In this document: positions 59,371-64,000 of the stretch, piece by piece
Numbering within the stretch: position 1 is the first letter of the stretch
Layout: each line of letters starts with the position of its first letter
Source: Pseudomonadota bacterium
Lineage (GTDB): Bacteria; UBA10199; 2-02-FULL-44-16; JAAZCA01
Assembly: GCA_043798915.1 (NCBI GenBank)
Contig: JAZDOG010000089.1
Span: 33,158-97,157 of the forward strand
Direction of reading: 5' to 3'
Length of the DNA stretch: 64,000 nucleotides
Program-made: the position numbers and the translations under genes
Notes under the pieces: model-generated
Told to the model about the DNA's origin: nothing
Database searches by the model: none
The model's input: only the letters and a program-made list of their open reading frames with translations

Positions 59371-59465
59371 CCCTCCCCCTTTGTAAGGGGGAGTTAGAGG
59401 GGGTAGATCGTGCGGAATCTACATGATCTACCCCACCCTTCCCTCCCCTTACAAAGGGGAGGGTT
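59371..59465. repeat. Copy B of the approximately 95-bp palindromic repeat element, located in the clpB leader directly upstream of the clpB RBS.
   Basis: Identical 41-nt right arm and near-identical left arm to copy A (26444-26541). Confidence 0.55.
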
Positions 59466-59479
59466 AAAAGGAGGTTTTC

Positions 59480-62071
<2,592 letters not shown>

Positions 62072-62076
62072 ACGCG

Positions 62077-62430
62077 TTAAAGAGATAGAATGGTTCTCAG
62101 CACTTCTTCTATTTCCAATAGAGTGCCGCTGGATACAATTCCCAATTTTTTAACAAAGCGGCTTTTGGAAATCGTGCGTATCTGGTCGCACTTAACAAAG
62201 CTGGTTTTTCTTAATCCTCCTTCTGGAGGAGCTAATTTTATATGAGAAGGAATATTTCTAAACGTTGTCGTGATGGGAAGAACTATTACAAGATCAGCCT
62301 GACAATTATTAATTTCATCGACCGATATTACGAGCGCCGGCCGCTCGCCATGAATTTCCTTGCCTTGGCCAGGGGGATTTAGATTAACAAGCCACACTTC
62401 AGAGCGATACATGTTTTCCATCAGCGTCAA
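62077..62430 (-). CDS. mazF: MazF/PemK-family type II toxin (endoribonuclease).
   Basis: 'SEVWLVNLNPPGQGKEIHGERPALVIS' matches the PemK/MazF N-terminal core. Overlaps the upstream antitoxin by 4 nt. AT-rich. Confidence 0.75.
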   Translation of the reverse strand: MTLMENMYRSEVWLVNLNPPGQGKEIHGERPALVISVDEINNCQADLVIVLPITTTFRNIPSHIKLAPPEGGLRKTSFVKCDQIRTISKSRFVKKLGIVSSGTLLEIEEVLRTILSL

Positions 62431-62675
62431 TCCTTTTCCAGACCATCACCACCTGTTGAATCCCAAGCTTCCCTCTCAATAATTTCATCTTTCCATGCCT
62501 TGCTGTCCGACTTGAGAGATGCATAGGCTTCAGCACAATTATTTAAAAAACATTTTCGTCGATAAATGACCAGGGCTTTCTGAATAATCCTTCCCCTTGA
62601 GAGATGTTCTCGTTCTGTCATTTCTCGAAGTATATTTTCAGACTCCCTGTCTATTCTAACAGTCGCAGTATGCAT
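62427..62675 (-). CDS. Ribbon-helix-helix-type antitoxin partner of the MazF-like toxin.
   Basis: Start moved to MHTATVRIDRES (AGGAGG RBS 8 nt upstream). Small basic N-terminal beta-strand 'ATVRID' typical of RHH/MazE-like antitoxins. Confidence 0.55.
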   Translation of the reverse strand: MHTATVRIDRESENILREMTEREHLSRGRIIQKALVIYRRKCFLNNCAEAYASLKSDSKAWKDEIIEREAWDSTGGDGLEKD

Positions 62676-62876
62676 ATTATTACCTCCTATATGGATAGTA
62701 TACATTATTGCATACTAATATGTCTACATATATGTTATCGGCAATGTGGCCATATATGTTGCTAACTATTTCGTATATCCATATTTATATATAAATATCA
62801 ATGAGTTGTTTCGCGCCACCAGTCGCTCCGTCTGACAATTTTGTTCGATCGTGACAACGGGTAGCAAGGTTGCCGT

Positions 62877-63947
62877 TCACTTATCAAGGCAAAGATGGGA
62901 GATCTCATCCACGAGCTTCCGGTGCTCGCGGCAGCCGATCATTTTTATCGGGGGGCGTTTGGCAGAAGACAAGCAAAAGCGCGACTTGAAATCAGCGACG
63001 CGTTTCAGAGATCGCGAAACATTCTCCTCGCCGACCGATCCTTCATCCACCGCGCGATTCAGTCGCTCCACCGCCATGCGCCCTTCGTCTAGGCCCCGGC
63101 AGATCATAGCCACATCGGCGCCTGCGGCGATCGCGCGCCACGCCGCCTCGTGCGGCGGGTAGATCGAGGCGCTCCCCTCCATCCTCAGGTCGTCGGTGAA
63201 GACCACGCCGTCGAAGCGGAGCTCCCCCCTCAACATGTCCCTCGTGATCGTGCGGGAGATCGACGCGGGCGAGACGGCGTCGATGTTCGGTATCATCAGA
63301 TGGGCGGTCATCATGGAGGCCACTCCCGCATCTATCGCGGCGCGAAACGGGAGGAGCTCGCACAGGTCGAAGCGCCTCCGCGTGTGGTGGAGCATCGGCA
63401 GGCCGAGGTGCGAATCGACGTCGGTGTCGCCATGCCCGGGGAAATGTTTACCGCATGCAGCGACACCTTCTCCCTGAAGGCCTAAGATGAAGGCCGAGCC
63501 CAGCCTCGCAACCGCATGCGCGTCGGGAGAGAATGCTCGATCGCCGATCACCGGGTTGAATGCGTTTGTCCGGACGTCGAGCACGGGGGCGAAGTCGATA
63601 TTAAAACCGGCGGCCGCGAGTTCGCGGCCCAGGAGTTTGCCCACGCGAAGAGCAAGCTCATCGCCCTCCCCCGCCGCCTGCCCCACCGCAGCCATAGGTG
63701 GCAGGACGGTGAATGGTGCAGAGAGCCTCGCTACGCGCCCGCCCTCCTGATCGACACCGAGGATGAGCGGCTCGGAAGCGGCATCCTGCAGATCGCCGAT
63801 CAACCGGACGAGTTGTTTCAAATCGGCGATGTTGCGTTTGAAGAGGATAACGCCGCCGCAGCCGGTGTCCTTGAGGAATTGCTTCACCTCCGGCGTGACC
63901 TTCGTGCCTTCGATGCCGACCATCAAGAGCTGGCCAAGATTTTTCAT
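62877..63947 (-). CDS. nagZ: Beta-N-acetylhexosaminidase NagZ (GH3; peptidoglycan recycling).
   Basis: 'LMVGIEG', 'GGVILFKRNI', 'KHFPGHGDTDVDSH' and 'VFTDDLRMEG' GH3/NagZ motifs. Confidence 0.85.
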   Translation of the reverse strand: MKNLGQLLMVGIEGTKVTPEVKQFLKDTGCGGVILFKRNIADLKQLVRLIGDLQDAASEPLILGVDQEGGRVARLSAPFTVLPPMAAVGQAAGEGDELALRVGKLLGRELAAAGFNIDFAPVLDVRTNAFNPVIGDRAFSPDAHAVARLGSAFILGLQGEGVAACGKHFPGHGDTDVDSHLGLPMLHHTRRRFDLCELLPFRAAIDAGVASMMTAHLMIPNIDAVSPASISRTITRDMLRGELRFDGVVFTDDLRMEGSASIYPPHEAAWRAIAAGADVAMICRGLDEGRMAVERLNRAVDEGSVGEENVSRSLKRVADFKSRFCLSSAKRPPIKMIGCREHRKLVDEISHLCLDK

Positions 63948-64000
63948 GATGTCATCTCCCTCTGGGCGCGAAGGAATCTCTTAAGCCCTCGCCCAGAAAA

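Overview
High-GC (about 60-65%) bacterial chromosomal segment, probably from a sigma-54-rich anaerobe of Desulfobacterota (deltaproteobacterial) type; the taxon is inference. Coding is dense and mostly on the minus strand.

Housekeeping genes: alaS-efp followed by an MMPL/RND exporter, polA, hemB, folC, rny-ymdB, zapA, a 5-formyltetrahydrofolate cyclo-ligase, rnr, clpB, nagZ and a GH57 glucan enzyme.

Accessory or unusual content: (i) an AbiEi/AbiEii toxin-antitoxin pair and a MazEF-like pair, both in AT-richer DNA; (ii) three consecutive NtrC-type sigma-54 activators with a PAS histidine kinase, directly upstream of an RsbV/RsbW/RsbU-like partner-switching module with no sigma factor nearby; (iii) an approximately 1525-aa multidomain protein with no recognisable catalytic domain, an internal duplication and a Pro-rich linker; (iv) an 11-gene hdrC-hdrB-hdrA(N)-nuoE-nuoF-[nuoG-like::hdrA(C)]-mvhD-mvhG-mvhA-protease-hypA operon, in which HdrA appears split inside its inserted ferredoxin domain by a NuoE/NuoF/NuoG-like NADH module. 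A sigma-54 regulator transcribed from a consensus sigma-54 promoter sits directly upstream of it. I consider this operon the most interesting candidate system.

Two further consensus sigma-54 promoters were found. One drives a small membrane-protein ORF. The other drives an unknown 210-aa gene whose leader carries a 13-nt poly-G tract. Two copies of an approximately 95-bp palindromic repeat element are present, as is a candidate 6S RNA locus in the conserved zapA-ssrS-ygfA position.

No rRNA, tRNA, CRISPR array or transposase was recognised. All calls come from reading the sequence and ORF translations; no database searches were run.
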